DNA of 30,892 bases from a virus. Its lineage: Duplodnaviria > Caudoviricetes. A program made the translations under genes and the position numbers. Where the stretch lies: the IMG/VR virus record IMGVR_UViG_3300030101_000937, positions 1-30,892 of that record; one strand, given 5' to 3'. Position 1 is the stretch's first letter. The number at the start of each line of letters is the position of its first letter. The notes beneath the pieces were generated by a model. It ran no database searches, was not told the DNA's origin, and worked only from the letters and a program-made list of their open reading frames with translations. Shown piece by piece: positions 8,652-16,922 of this stretch.

Positions 8652-9007
8652 AACAATTACAAGAATTAGTAGAAAAAAGAATAAAAGAAATAAAAGAAAC
8701 AGAAGTAGTAAAACAACCTACAGAAGAAAGAAAAACTTTACCTGTATACTCAGGGGTGTTAAAATACTTTCCTGATGCTATAAAAGAAATAGCAAGATGC
8801 AGTTACAAAGGTAACCTACAACACAACCCCAATAAAAAACTACATTGGGATAGAAGCAAAAGTGGTGATGAACTTGATGCACTAACAAGGCACTTACTAC
8901 AAGCAGGTACACTTGATACAGATGGTGTAAGCCATAGTGTTAAGGTAGCATGGAGGGCATTGGCTTACCTGCAAAAAGAAATTGAAAGTGGTGAAGAAAT
9001 AATTTGA
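8648..9007 (+). CDS. dATP/dGTP diphosphohydrolase N-terminal-like (DUF5664) protein
   Basis: YFPDAI.EIA..S..G..QH, W, DAL.RHL, D.DG..H...VAW.AL pattern. Confidence 0.7.
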   Translation: MKQLQELVEKRIKEIKETEVVKQPTEERKTLPVYSGVLKYFPDAIKEIARCSYKGNLQHNPNKKLHWDRSKSGDELDALTRHLLQAGTLDTDGVSHSVKVAWRALAYLQKEIESGEEII

Positions 9008-9177
9008 AACTTAATACTATACATGAATTTTACCTTCTTACCCTACAGGATATAGATGATGGTGCAACCAAACAAGAACTACTAAAAATAGTAGAAATGT
9101 ATGAACAGCAGGAAATGTATGAAGCATGTGCAGGTATGATAAAAGCAATAAAAGAAAGTTATGATACAAAAAATTAA
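9004..9177 (+). CDS. Hypothetical small protein (57 aa, TTG start, not in track)
   Basis: MKLNTIHEFYLLTLQDIDDGATKQELLKIVEMYEQQEMYEACAGMIKAIKESYDTKN*; fills the gap; E.YE.CA resembles a UVR-type hairpin. Confidence 0.55.
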   Translation: MKLNTIHEFYLLTLQDIDDGATKQELLKIVEMYEQQEMYEACAGMIKAIKESYDTKN

Positions 9178-9592
9178 AGAATTAGTAGAAACAGAAACAG
9201 GTATAGAAGATATATCATTAAAGAAAAGAACACAACCTTATGTAGAAGCAAGGGTGTTATATTCTAACCTTGCACTTAAACATACAAAGCTATCTTGCAA
9301 AAGAATAGGTGAAGAAATAAACAGGGATCACAGCAGTGTAGTACACCACAAAAAAGTATTTACACAATGGCTACACCTTAAAAAGTTTTATGCACAAAAC
9401 CTAAACAGCTACAAAACACTTGAAAGTATGTTAGAAGAAGAAAAGGTAGTAGATACAAATGCTATAGATTTATACAGAAAATACAAAAGAGAAAGTAAGA
9501 TACTACTAAAACAAAACAAAGAACTACTTAAAAAACTTGCACAAAAGCAAAAAGAAATAGATAGGTTAAAAAAGTATGAACCTATTTGGTAA
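9161..9592 (+). CDS. DnaA domain IV-like HTH protein with coiled-coil tail
   Basis: R....V.AR.......LS...IG..I.RDHSSVVH signature. Confidence 0.75.
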   Translation: MIQKIKELVETETGIEDISLKKRTQPYVEARVLYSNLALKHTKLSCKRIGEEINRDHSSVVHHKKVFTQWLHLKKFYAQNLNSYKTLESMLEEEKVVDTNAIDLYRKYKRESKILLKQNKELLKKLAQKQKEIDRLKKYEPIW

Positions 9593-9619
9593 ACAATTAT
9601 TAATATTAAAAACAAAAAA

Positions 9620-10345
9620 ATGAAAACAAATTTATTTCAATTAAACATATCTAAAAATTATGATGATTTTAGCTTTTACAAATTTAACAGATCAACAGAT
9701 AAAAATAACGTACAAAAACTAATGCAATCTATAAAACAATATAATTTAATTAGTCCATTAGTTGTTAGTGAAGAAGGTAAAATAATAGATGGGCAAAACA
9801 GGTTTGAAGCATTAAAAAGGTTAAAAATGCCTATTCACTATGTGATAAGAAAAACAAATAAAGATATACTTAATTATATTATAGATGCTCAATTTAAAAA
9901 AACATGGACTGCAAAAGATTATGTTGACTGTTATGCTGAACTTGGGTATGAAACATATATAGCTTTAAAAGATATACATAATAAAACAGAAAAAAAATTA
10001 AATACAACCTTTCCTATAGGTAAAATAATTTGTATTTATACTGATTACGTTCAACCTAAATTTAAATCAGGTACAGCAATTTTATATAAAGAATTTGGTG
10101 ATAAACTTTTTTCTTTATTGCAAGATATAGTAAAAACATATAACAATAACGAAATGTATTATTCCTCAATAAACATAAAGGCATTGAGAAAGGTTATGAA
10201 AAGAAATAAAAGTTTTGACACACAACACTTTATTACACAATTAGAAAACAACAAACTTCATGTTTTTTCACAAAACAAAGATCAAGAAGAAGAAATTATA
10301 CATATTTACAATAAAAACACTTTAAAAAGTAAAAAAATAAAGTAA
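9620..10345 (+). CDS. ParB/Srx N-terminal domain protein
   Basis: NR......V.KL..SI, PL.V....IIDGQNR..AL motif. Confidence 0.75.
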   Translation: MKTNLFQLNISKNYDDFSFYKFNRSTDKNNVQKLMQSIKQYNLISPLVVSEEGKIIDGQNRFEALKRLKMPIHYVIRKTNKDILNYIIDAQFKKTWTAKDYVDCYAELGYETYIALKDIHNKTEKKLNTTFPIGKIICIYTDYVQPKFKSGTAILYKEFGDKLFSLLQDIVKTYNNNEMYYSSINIKALRKVMKRNKSFDTQHFITQLENNKLHVFSQNKDQEEEIIHIYNKNTLKSKKIK

Positions 10346-10355
10346 TTATTTTCTG

Positions 10356-10376
10356 TTTAACAAAACACTATTTTTT
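10356..10376 (+). repeat. 21-bp direct repeat, copy 1 (TTTAACAAAACACTATTTTTT)
   Basis: Identical to 11218-11238. Confidence 0.9.
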
Positions 10377-11222
10377 ATGGTCAAAGTAAATACTTTAAGT
10401 GGGGGTAAAACAAGTTCTTATATTGCTGCTAACTACCCTGCTAATTATGATGTATTTGCACTTGTAAGAATAGAACACCAACCTTCACTATTTCTTGATA
10501 AAAAAGTAAGGCAAGAAGTAGAAGATAGAATACAAGCACCATTCATTGCTACAGCAGAAGATGACATGATAATATATACCATGTTAGATTTAGAACAATA
10601 CATAGGTAGAAAAATAACATGGGTAACTGGTAAAACTTTTGATAAGGTTTTAGAAACAGCAGGAACTTTACCTGATCCATTAAGAAGATATTGTACAACA
10701 CAAATGAAACTTGAACCTATATTTAAATGGTGGCAAAAAGTAATAAATAAACCTTGTGAGTTTGCTTTAGGTTTTAGGGCAAATGAAAATAAAAGAGCAG
10801 CAAGAACACTAAATAAAGTAAATAAAAATGGATATTTAGAAATGAAAGCCATAGTAGGCAAAAGAGGTACACTAAATAAGTGGGGTAAGATTGAATGGCA
10901 AAAGCCAACTTTCCCTTTAATACAAGATAACATATATAAACATACAATAGAGAAATACTGGTTAGATAAGCCAGTAAGGTTTGCATACATGAATAACTGT
11001 GTAGGGTGTTTTCACAAAAACCCATTACTAATTAAAAAAATGTGGGGGTTACATGAAGATAAGTTAAATTGGTTTGCAAGTAAAGAAAGAATAAAGCACA
11101 ATAAAGATGTTTGGTATAAAAGTAAAAACCTATCTTTTGATGATATAAAAAAATGGAATTTACAAACAGAATTGTTTGATGATGATTTTAATGAATGTGA
11201 TAGTGGTTACTGTGGTATTTAA
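10377..11222 (+). CDS. PAPS-reductase/PP-loop family protein
   Basis: PP-loop SGGKTS, R.CT..MK..P, GFRA.E..RA, FPL, NCVGC, and C-terminal ECDSGYCG. Confidence 0.75.
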   Translation: MVKVNTLSGGKTSSYIAANYPANYDVFALVRIEHQPSLFLDKKVRQEVEDRIQAPFIATAEDDMIIYTMLDLEQYIGRKITWVTGKTFDKVLETAGTLPDPLRRYCTTQMKLEPIFKWWQKVINKPCEFALGFRANENKRAARTLNKVNKNGYLEMKAIVGKRGTLNKWGKIEWQKPTFPLIQDNIYKHTIEKYWLDKPVRFAYMNNCVGCFHKNPLLIKKMWGLHEDKLNWFASKERIKHNKDVWYKSKNLSFDDIKKWNLQTELFDDDFNECDSGYCGI

Positions 11223-11238
11223 CAAAACACTATTTTTT
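11218..11238 (+). repeat. 21-bp direct repeat, copy 2
   Basis: Identical to 10356-10376; contains the gene's TAA stop and the AACAAA box of the late promoter. Confidence 0.9.
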
Positions 11239-11245
11239 TTATTGT
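11221..11245 (+). promoter_or_regulatory. Putative late promoter AACAAA-N13-TATTGT (terminase operon)
   Basis: AACAAA 11221-11226, TATTGT 11240-11245. Confidence 0.75.
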
Positions 11246-11273
11246 ATATTTGATTAATCAAGTTTTTTCAAGT

Positions 11274-11507
11274 ATGGCGCATGGGGGTAAAAGACAAGGT
11301 TCAGGCAGAAAATCTAAAGCAGAAGAAATAGATTTAATAGAAAAACTATCACCATTAGAACCTGAAGCATTTGCAGCTTTAACTAAAGGAATACAGAAAG
11401 GTGATTTTAAGTTTGTACAATTATTTTATAATTACTGGGCAGGTAAACCAAAAGAAACAAAAGATATAACCATAAATGAAGATGTTCCTTTGTGGTTAGA
11501 AGATTAG
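11274..11507 (+). CDS. terS: Putative terminase small subunit
   Basis: HGGKRQGSGRK N-terminal motif and GKPKE; immediately upstream of terL. ATG 11274 preferred over TTG 11250. Confidence 0.65.
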   Translation: MAHGGKRQGSGRKSKAEEIDLIEKLSPLEPEAFAALTKGIQKGDFKFVQLFYNYWAGKPKETKDITINEDVPLWLED

Positions 11508-12674
11508 ATGTTTAAAAAAACACAAGCATTATATAAATTACTGGAATTAAAGAACAGGGTAAGGATTGTATGTGGGGGTACTTCAGCAGGTAAAACTATT
11601 TGCATATTACTTATACTAATACAAGATGCAATAAAAAATAAAGGTAGGGAAGTATCAGTAGTAGCTTCTACTGTACCTGCACTAAGAAGGGGTGTATTAA
11701 AAGATTTTCTGAAGATTATGAAAACTACAAATAGATACAAAGAAGAAAGTTTTAATAAAACCACACTTAAATACACTTTTAGTAATGGTAGTTATTTAGA
11801 ATTTTTTAGTATAGATCAACCTGATAAGATTAGAGGTAGTAGAAGAACAGATTTATTTATAAACGAGTGCAACACTATACCAAATGGTTTTGAAAGCTAC
11901 CAACAATTAGCTATAAGAACTTCAGGTAAGATATGGTTAGATTACAACCCCACAAGTTTGTTTTGGGTAGACAAAGAATTAAAAGGGCAAGTAGATACAG
12001 ATTTTGTAAGATTAACATACAAAGATAACAACACACTACCTGAAGGTATAATAAAAGAACTAGAAAAGGCAAGAGATAAAGCAAAGACAAGTACTTACTG
12101 GGAAAACTGGACAAGGGTTTATTTGGATGGGCTTACAGGGGCTTTACAAGGTGCATGTATACCTGACTGGCAAGAAATAGATAAACTACCCTTAGAAGCT
12201 AAATTATTAGGTTATGGTATGGACTTTGGATATGTAGACCCCACTACAATAATGGCATTATATAAATGGAATAATGCTTATATATTTGATGAAGTATTAT
12301 ACAAAAGTAATATGGTATTAAGAGATGTGAGTTTATTTCTAACACAAAACAATATAAAAGAAAACATAATAGCAGATCATGCTGAACCAAAAAGTATAGC
12401 TACCCTTTCTATGGATGGACACAAAATATACCCCTGCACAAAAGGTAGGGATAGTGTAACCTATGGTATAAACCTAATAAACCAAAATGAAATATATGTA
12501 ACAAGTAATAGTAAGAACTTAAAAAGAGAATTACAAGGTTATGTTTGGGCAAGAGATAAAGAAGGTAACACAATAGAAAAACCAACTGGGGTGCATCCTG
12601 ATTGTATAGATGCATGTAGGTATATTTTAACAGACCATTTAAGTACACCAAAAGGGGAATATTATATTTATTAG
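11508..12674 (+). CDS. terL: Terminase large subunit (PBSX-like)
   Basis: Walker A GGTSAGKT, LFINE, DYNP, GMDFG..DPT, AD.AEP, D.IDA.RY. Confidence 0.93.
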   Translation: MFKKTQALYKLLELKNRVRIVCGGTSAGKTICILLILIQDAIKNKGREVSVVASTVPALRRGVLKDFLKIMKTTNRYKEESFNKTTLKYTFSNGSYLEFFSIDQPDKIRGSRRTDLFINECNTIPNGFESYQQLAIRTSGKIWLDYNPTSLFWVDKELKGQVDTDFVRLTYKDNNTLPEGIIKELEKARDKAKTSTYWENWTRVYLDGLTGALQGACIPDWQEIDKLPLEAKLLGYGMDFGYVDPTTIMALYKWNNAYIFDEVLYKSNMVLRDVSLFLTQNNIKENIIADHAEPKSIATLSMDGHKIYPCTKGRDSVTYGINLINQNEIYVTSNSKNLKRELQGYVWARDKEGNTIEKPTGVHPDCIDACRYILTDHLSTPKGEYYIY

Positions 12675-12681
12675 TTAATAA

Positions 12682-12712
12682 TTTGTTTATAATTAAAACT
12701 TTTGTATATTTA
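12682..12712 (+). promoter_or_regulatory. Host-type promoter TTTG-N19-TATATTTA
   Basis: TTTG 12682-12685, 19-nt spacer, TAnnTTTA 12705-12712, upstream of ATG 12731. Confidence 0.65.
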
Positions 12713-12730
12713 CATTATTAAACAATTAAA

Positions 12731-12997
12731 ATGAGTTACAAAAAATTTAAAATACCTATTAGAACTGAAACTTTTATAACTGTAGGTTATAATGTTGAGG
12801 AAGAAATCTCAATACTTGGTGAAACTGAAAAAGCTATACATATTGTATATCAAAGTCCTTTAAACCCATACATGCCAAAAAGATCAAAATACAAAGATGT
12901 ATTGTTATGGATACCTAAATCTATTTGGGATAATGGCAAGTATTTTGTAAATGACCATAAAGGTCAAAGGTGTTTTATAAGACCAGTTTGGTTATAA
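12731..12997 (+). CDS. Hypothetical protein
   Basis: 88 aa containing ETEKAI...WIPKS; A-rich start context. Confidence 0.75.
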   Translation: MSYKKFKIPIRTETFITVGYNVEEEISILGETEKAIHIVYQSPLNPYMPKRSKYKDVLLWIPKSIWDNGKYFVNDHKGQRCFIRPVWL

Positions 12998-13014
12998 TCT
13001 TTAAAAAAACAATT

Positions 13015-13212
13015 ATGAATTTAGATAAAAACTTTAGTGAAACAATTATTAGGTTAAACAGAATTATAGATAGGTTAAGAAGATCTATACATGATAGAGA
13101 ACAGAAAATAGTAGCACAAGAAGAAACTATAGCTGCTATGGATAAACAATTAAAAGAATTAGAAACACAGATTATTAATAAAAATTTTGAAACATGGAAG
13201 AATATAGATTAA
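13015..13212 (+). CDS. Hypothetical coiled-coil protein
   Basis: In frame with track ORF 12970; ATG 13015 in the AAAAAAACAATTATG context is preferred. Confidence 0.65.
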   Translation: MNLDKNFSETIIRLNRIIDRLRRSIHDREQKIVAQEETIAAMDKQLKELETQIINKNFETWKNID

Positions 13213-13355
13213 TTAAAATGGTAGTAAATGATAAAGAAAACAGGAAAACATTATACAAGGTATTGGGTTATGCCTTTATATCTTTTGTAAGTTTTTTTAG
13301 TTTCTTGTATGGCACAATGTATTTTATTGTATGGATGGTAAACATGAAACAATGA
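13194..13355 (+). CDS. Small single-TM protein (53 aa, not in track)
   Basis: MEEYRLIKMVVNDKENRKTLYKVLGYAFISFVSFFSFLYGTMYFIVWMVNMKQ*. Confidence 0.55.
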   Translation: MEEYRLIKMVVNDKENRKTLYKVLGYAFISFVSFFSFLYGTMYFIVWMVNMKQ

Positions 13356-13549
13356 TTGCTTGTTGGGGTGCTAATTGCTTTGTATATTACAAACCAGTAG
13401 AACAGGGAAAGAATAGAATGGTAAAACTAGAAATGAATTTACAAGGTAATGTAGTAACAGGCAAAGAACTATATAAACAAAACAGTAAAGAAATAATAAA
13501 TAAAATTGAAGAACTATATGAATATATTTATAAAAATTATGTAACTTGA
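13331..13549 (+). CDS. Hypothetical protein
   Basis: 72-aa ORF before a terminator; start uncertain (13331 or 13352). Confidence 0.65.
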   Translation: MDGKHETMIACWGANCFVYYKPVEQGKNRMVKLEMNLQGNVVTGKELYKQNSKEIINKIEELYEYIYKNYVT

Positions 13550-13583
13550 AGTAATTTCATTTGATTTTAATTTGGTTAATAAT

Positions 13584-13611
13584 AAGGCAGGTAGAAATAC
13601 CTGCTTTTTTT
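13584..13611 (+). terminator. Rho-independent terminator
   Basis: GCAGGTA-GAAA-TACCTGC followed by T7. Confidence 0.9.
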
Positions 13612-13617
13612 GTGTTA

Positions 13618-13642
13618 TACACTTTGGCTATAATTTTATTGT
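13618..13642 (+). promoter_or_regulatory. Putative late promoter variant TACACT-N13-TATTGT-N6-ATG
   Basis: TATTGT 13637-13642, ATG 13649; degenerate upstream box at the same spacing. Confidence 0.65.
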
Positions 13643-13648
13643 ATAAGT

Positions 13649-14308
13649 ATGAAAGTAGAAATAAATGTACCTAGCAGTATATCAGAAATCACACTAGAAC
13701 AATATCAAAAGTTTGTAAAGGTTAATACTGAAGAAAACAAAGATTCCAGTTTCTTAATGCACAAAACAGTAGAAATATTTTGTAATATGGATTTAAAAGA
13801 TATTGCAAAGATAAAACTAACAAGTGTGAAAGAAATACTAGATCATTTAAACAAAGTATTTGAAGTAAAGAGTGATTTAATACCTAGATTTACATTAGGG
13901 GGTATAGAATATGGTTTTATTACACAACTTGATGAAATGACACTAGGGGAATATATAGATTTAGATGAAAACATGAGTGATTGGGAAACCATGCACAAAG
14001 CTATGGCAGTTCTATATAGACCAGTAATACATAAAAAGGGTGATAGGTACAAGATAAAAGAATATGATGGTTTAGATAATAGTGGTGAAATGAAACAAAT
14101 GCCACTAGAAGTAGTAATGGGATCAATGGTTTTTTTTTGGAATTTAAACGAAGAATTGCTACAAACTACCCTGAACTATTTGAAGAAGGAAATGAACAAC
14201 AACAATATGGAAGTACAGAAAATTTTACAAGAAAATGGGGGTGGTATTCAAGCATCTATGGACTTTCTAAAGGGGATGTTTCCAAGTATGACACTATCAC
14301 TAAATTAA
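13649..14308 (+). CDS. Putative tail assembly chaperone (G-like, zero-frame product)
   Basis: First gene of the tail operon; internal T9 slippery run at 14130-14138. Confidence 0.65.
   Translation: MKVEINVPSSISEITLEQYQKFVKVNTEENKDSSFLMHKTVEIFCNMDLKDIAKIKLTSVKEILDHLNKVFEVKSDLIPRFTLGGIEYGFITQLDEMTLGEYIDLDENMSDWETMHKAMAVLYRPVIHKKGDRYKIKEYDGLDNSGEMKQMPLEVVMGSMVFFWNLNEELLQTTLNYLKKEMNNNNMEVQKILQENGGGIQASMDFLKGMFPSMTLSLN
14131..14137 (+). other. -1 ribosomal frameshift site T TTT TTT
   Basis: In-frame X XXY YYZ heptamer leading into the -1 frame open to 14394. Confidence 0.75.
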
Positions 14309-14394
14309 ATGTACACCAATGCTTAATGTTTTTGGCTTTTGAAAAAGAAAAAACACAAATTGAAATGCAGAGAATAAAAAGTAAACAAAGATGA
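14137..14394 (+). CDS. -1 frame extension (GT-like chaperone C-terminus)
   Basis: No ATG at its 5' end; begins at the slippery run; its TGA overlaps the next ATG (ATGA 14391-14394). Confidence 0.7.
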   Translation: MEFKRRIATNYPELFEEGNEQQQYGSTENFTRKWGWYSSIYGLSKGDVSKYDTITKLNVHQCLMFLAFEKEKTQIEMQRIKSKQR

Positions 14395-14846
14395 CAAAGT
14401 TTTACGATGTACTAGAAAAAATAAAAACCAAGCTGATAGCAGAACCATTTTGTAATACAGTAAGCTATGGTAGTTTAGATGATGTAGATTTAAACAAACA
14501 AAATATATTTCCATTATCACACATAATAGTAAACAACTGTAATGTATCTACAAACACCTTAACATTTAACATTAGTGTACTTGCAATGGATATTGTAGAT
14601 GAAAGTAAAAAAGAAACTACAGATATATTTGTAGGTAACGACAATGAACAAGATGTTTTAAACACACAACTATCAATACTTAATAGATTAATGGCATTAT
14701 TACAAAGGGGTGATCTATATACAGAAGGTTACCAAGTAGAAGGACAGGTAGGTTGTGAGCCATTTGTGGACAGGTTTGAAAATAAACTTGCAGGATGGGC
14801 AGCTACATTTGATTTAATTGTACAAAACGATATGACAATATGCTAA
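14391..14846 (+). CDS. Putative tail terminator/completion protein
   Basis: Size, acidic composition, FPL.HI motif and position in the tail operon. Confidence 0.55.
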   Translation: MTKFYDVLEKIKTKLIAEPFCNTVSYGSLDDVDLNKQNIFPLSHIIVNNCNVSTNTLTFNISVLAMDIVDESKKETTDIFVGNDNEQDVLNTQLSILNRLMALLQRGDLYTEGYQVEGQVGCEPFVDRFENKLAGWAATFDLIVQNDMTIC

Positions 14847-15349
14847 CAAAGGGTGGTAAACTAGAAACTGTACTAAACAGATTTAGAAAGCAGGTTATTG
14901 ATGGTAGTAGAAAACAATTAAAACTACAAAAGAAAAATGCTTTTGGTAAACTATCTAAAAGTTTGGATTCTAATTTAGAAATTTTCAAAAATAGTTTTAG
15001 CTTATCTTTTTCTATGGAAGAATATGGTATATACCAAGACAAAGGGGTAAGTGGTACAAAGAAAAAATACAACACACCATTTTCTTATACAACCAAAAGA
15101 CCACCTGCAAGTAAATTAGATAAGTGGACTGTAAAAAGAACAATAGCACCTAGAGATGAAAAAGGTAGATTTATAACTAGAAAAGGTTTAAATTTTATAA
15201 TTGCAAGGAGTATATACCAAAAGGGTATAAAGCCAAGTTTGTTTTTTACAAAACCTTTTGAAAAGGCATTTAAGCAATTACCTGAAGATGTAGTAAATGC
15301 TTATGCACTAGAAGTAGAAGATTTTTTAAAATTTAGTTTAAAAGAATGA
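14840..15349 (+). CDS. Putative neck/tail-completion protein (HK97 gp10-like)
   Basis: G.LS.SL, YG.Y.DKG..G and IKP..FF..PFE motifs; basic. Confidence 0.6.
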   Translation: MLTKGGKLETVLNRFRKQVIDGSRKQLKLQKKNAFGKLSKSLDSNLEIFKNSFSLSFSMEEYGIYQDKGVSGTKKKYNTPFSYTTKRPPASKLDKWTVKRTIAPRDEKGRFITRKGLNFIIARSIYQKGIKPSLFFTKPFEKAFKQLPEDVVNAYALEVEDFLKFSLKE

Positions 15350-16920
15350 GTACAAAAATAAATTCAAGAAGCCCATTTTACATAACAGCTACTGAACCTA
15401 CAGTATCAGAAGGTGCATTTAGTTGTACTACAGCAGGACTTGCAAACTTTAGTGTAGAAAGTGATGGTACTATTATAGAACCTACAATACTAAAAGGTAT
15501 CATAATAGATAGAGATGTTACAAGTTTTGCAGCTTTAAGTGCAAGTGATTCAAGTGTTTCAAGAACTGTAAACTACACAATACAAATACCTGATGGTTTC
15601 AGTAATACTACAGATGGTACTTTAATATGCCCACAAACATTTACGCAGTTACCCCCAACTACTTGTGTTCAATCAAGTAATAATAACATGGCTGTATTTA
15701 CAGGTAGTATTTCAGATATAACTAATGTTACTACAGGTAGTACAGTATCACTTGGTAGTTTCTTTTCCAATGGCACAAGTGCTACAATAACAAGTTATGA
15801 AATAGTAAGGTATGGTGATTCAGCAATAACAGCTACTTTAAGTGGTACAGTTCCAAACCAAACTTTAACATTTTCTACCACTTCTACAGGTGTAAGTGCA
15901 GATTTTATTGTAAGAGCAAGAAATAGTGTAGATGCTTGTATAACTTCAAGTAATAAGTTTACAGTATCAGGTGCATCAGCAGGTGCAGCAGATTGTAATA
16001 CTATTTCTTTATCAGGTGGTTCTATTGCATCTACAGGTTTGATAAGTGTACCTTCTTATAATGTAGGTAATCTAACAAGAATAAATATAAAAAGTATTGC
16101 AGGGGTTTCTAACACAACAGAAGTAACAACAAGCAGCCAACAAACAAGTAATTTAGCTAACAGTACAGGTTCAAGTAGAACTATAGTATTAACATTTAGA
16201 TTTTCAATACCACAGGGTTATAGTAATGCAGGTGGTAATTTAGATTGTGATGCAACCTTTACACAACCTGCAACTTCTACACCTGCACTTGTATGTACTG
16301 ATAATTTTTTAAGTTATTCAGGTTTTAGAATTACTACCACAGGTGATATAATAGTAGGTGAAGTAGATGTAAATGGTACAAGTGCTTCTGTTTTACAAGT
16401 ATCAACTGATCAAAGTGATGGTTTAGGTGGGTTTAAAAGTTCTTTTGATACTGTAACTTCAGCTACAGCAAGAACCATAAAGGTAACATTTTTAGTACCA
16501 AGTGGTTTTAGTAATACTGGTGATGCACTTACTTGTGATGTTTCAGGATTAACACAACCCCCAAGTAGTAACCCTTGTGATATTACAAACCCAGAATTTT
16601 TTATAAGTGATAGTTCTTTTAGTACTAAAACTGGTTTTTGTGATAACAACAGAAAATATACAGTAAATAATTCTGTAATTATAAATAGTTCAGGAACTTT
16701 AGTTAGTAATATAGTTGGTGGTAATATTGTTTGTGATAGGGGTACACCTATGAATGGTGGCAACGAATATTTTGCAATATCAGTAAACCCATCAGCAAGT
16801 GGTGCAGGTAATATTGGTTCAAGTTTTAAGGTAATAAGAATTGATGAATTTGGTGTAGTTACAGAAAGCCCTGTAGAAGTTAATTGTGGTAGTGATACAG
16901 GATTTGATAATATTTTATAG
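15346..16920 (+). CDS. Virion structural protein with three internal Cys-paired beta-rich repeats
   Basis: Ser/Thr-rich; repeated [IV]P.G[FY]SN....L.C...[FL]TQ.P. Confidence 0.7.
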   Translation: MSTKINSRSPFYITATEPTVSEGAFSCTTAGLANFSVESDGTIIEPTILKGIIIDRDVTSFAALSASDSSVSRTVNYTIQIPDGFSNTTDGTLICPQTFTQLPPTTCVQSSNNNMAVFTGSISDITNVTTGSTVSLGSFFSNGTSATITSYEIVRYGDSAITATLSGTVPNQTLTFSTTSTGVSADFIVRARNSVDACITSSNKFTVSGASAGAADCNTISLSGGSIASTGLISVPSYNVGNLTRINIKSIAGVSNTTEVTTSSQQTSNLANSTGSSRTIVLTFRFSIPQGYSNAGGNLDCDATFTQPATSTPALVCTDNFLSYSGFRITTTGDIIVGEVDVNGTSASVLQVSTDQSDGLGGFKSSFDTVTSATARTIKVTFLVPSGFSNTGDALTCDVSGLTQPPSSNPCDITNPEFFISDSSFSTKTGFCDNNRKYTVNNSVIINSSGTLVSNIVGGNIVCDRGTPMNGGNEYFAISVNPSASGAGNIGSSFKVIRIDEFGVVTESPVEVNCGSDTGFDNIL

Positions 16921-16922
16921 AT

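Noticed and set aside
8648-9007. Z-genome (2-aminoadenine) pathway suggested by the dATP/dGTP hydrolase-like gene
   Set aside because: No PurZ-like or phage DNA polymerase gene is recognisable.
11250-11273. TTG start at 11250 for the terS-like gene
   Set aside because: It overlaps the predicted transcription start; ATG 11274 gives the typical MAHGGKR N-terminus.
13325-13333. TATTGT directly before ATG 13331 as another late promoter
   Set aside because: No AACAAA box at 13 nt, zero spacing to the ATG, and it lies within a coding region.
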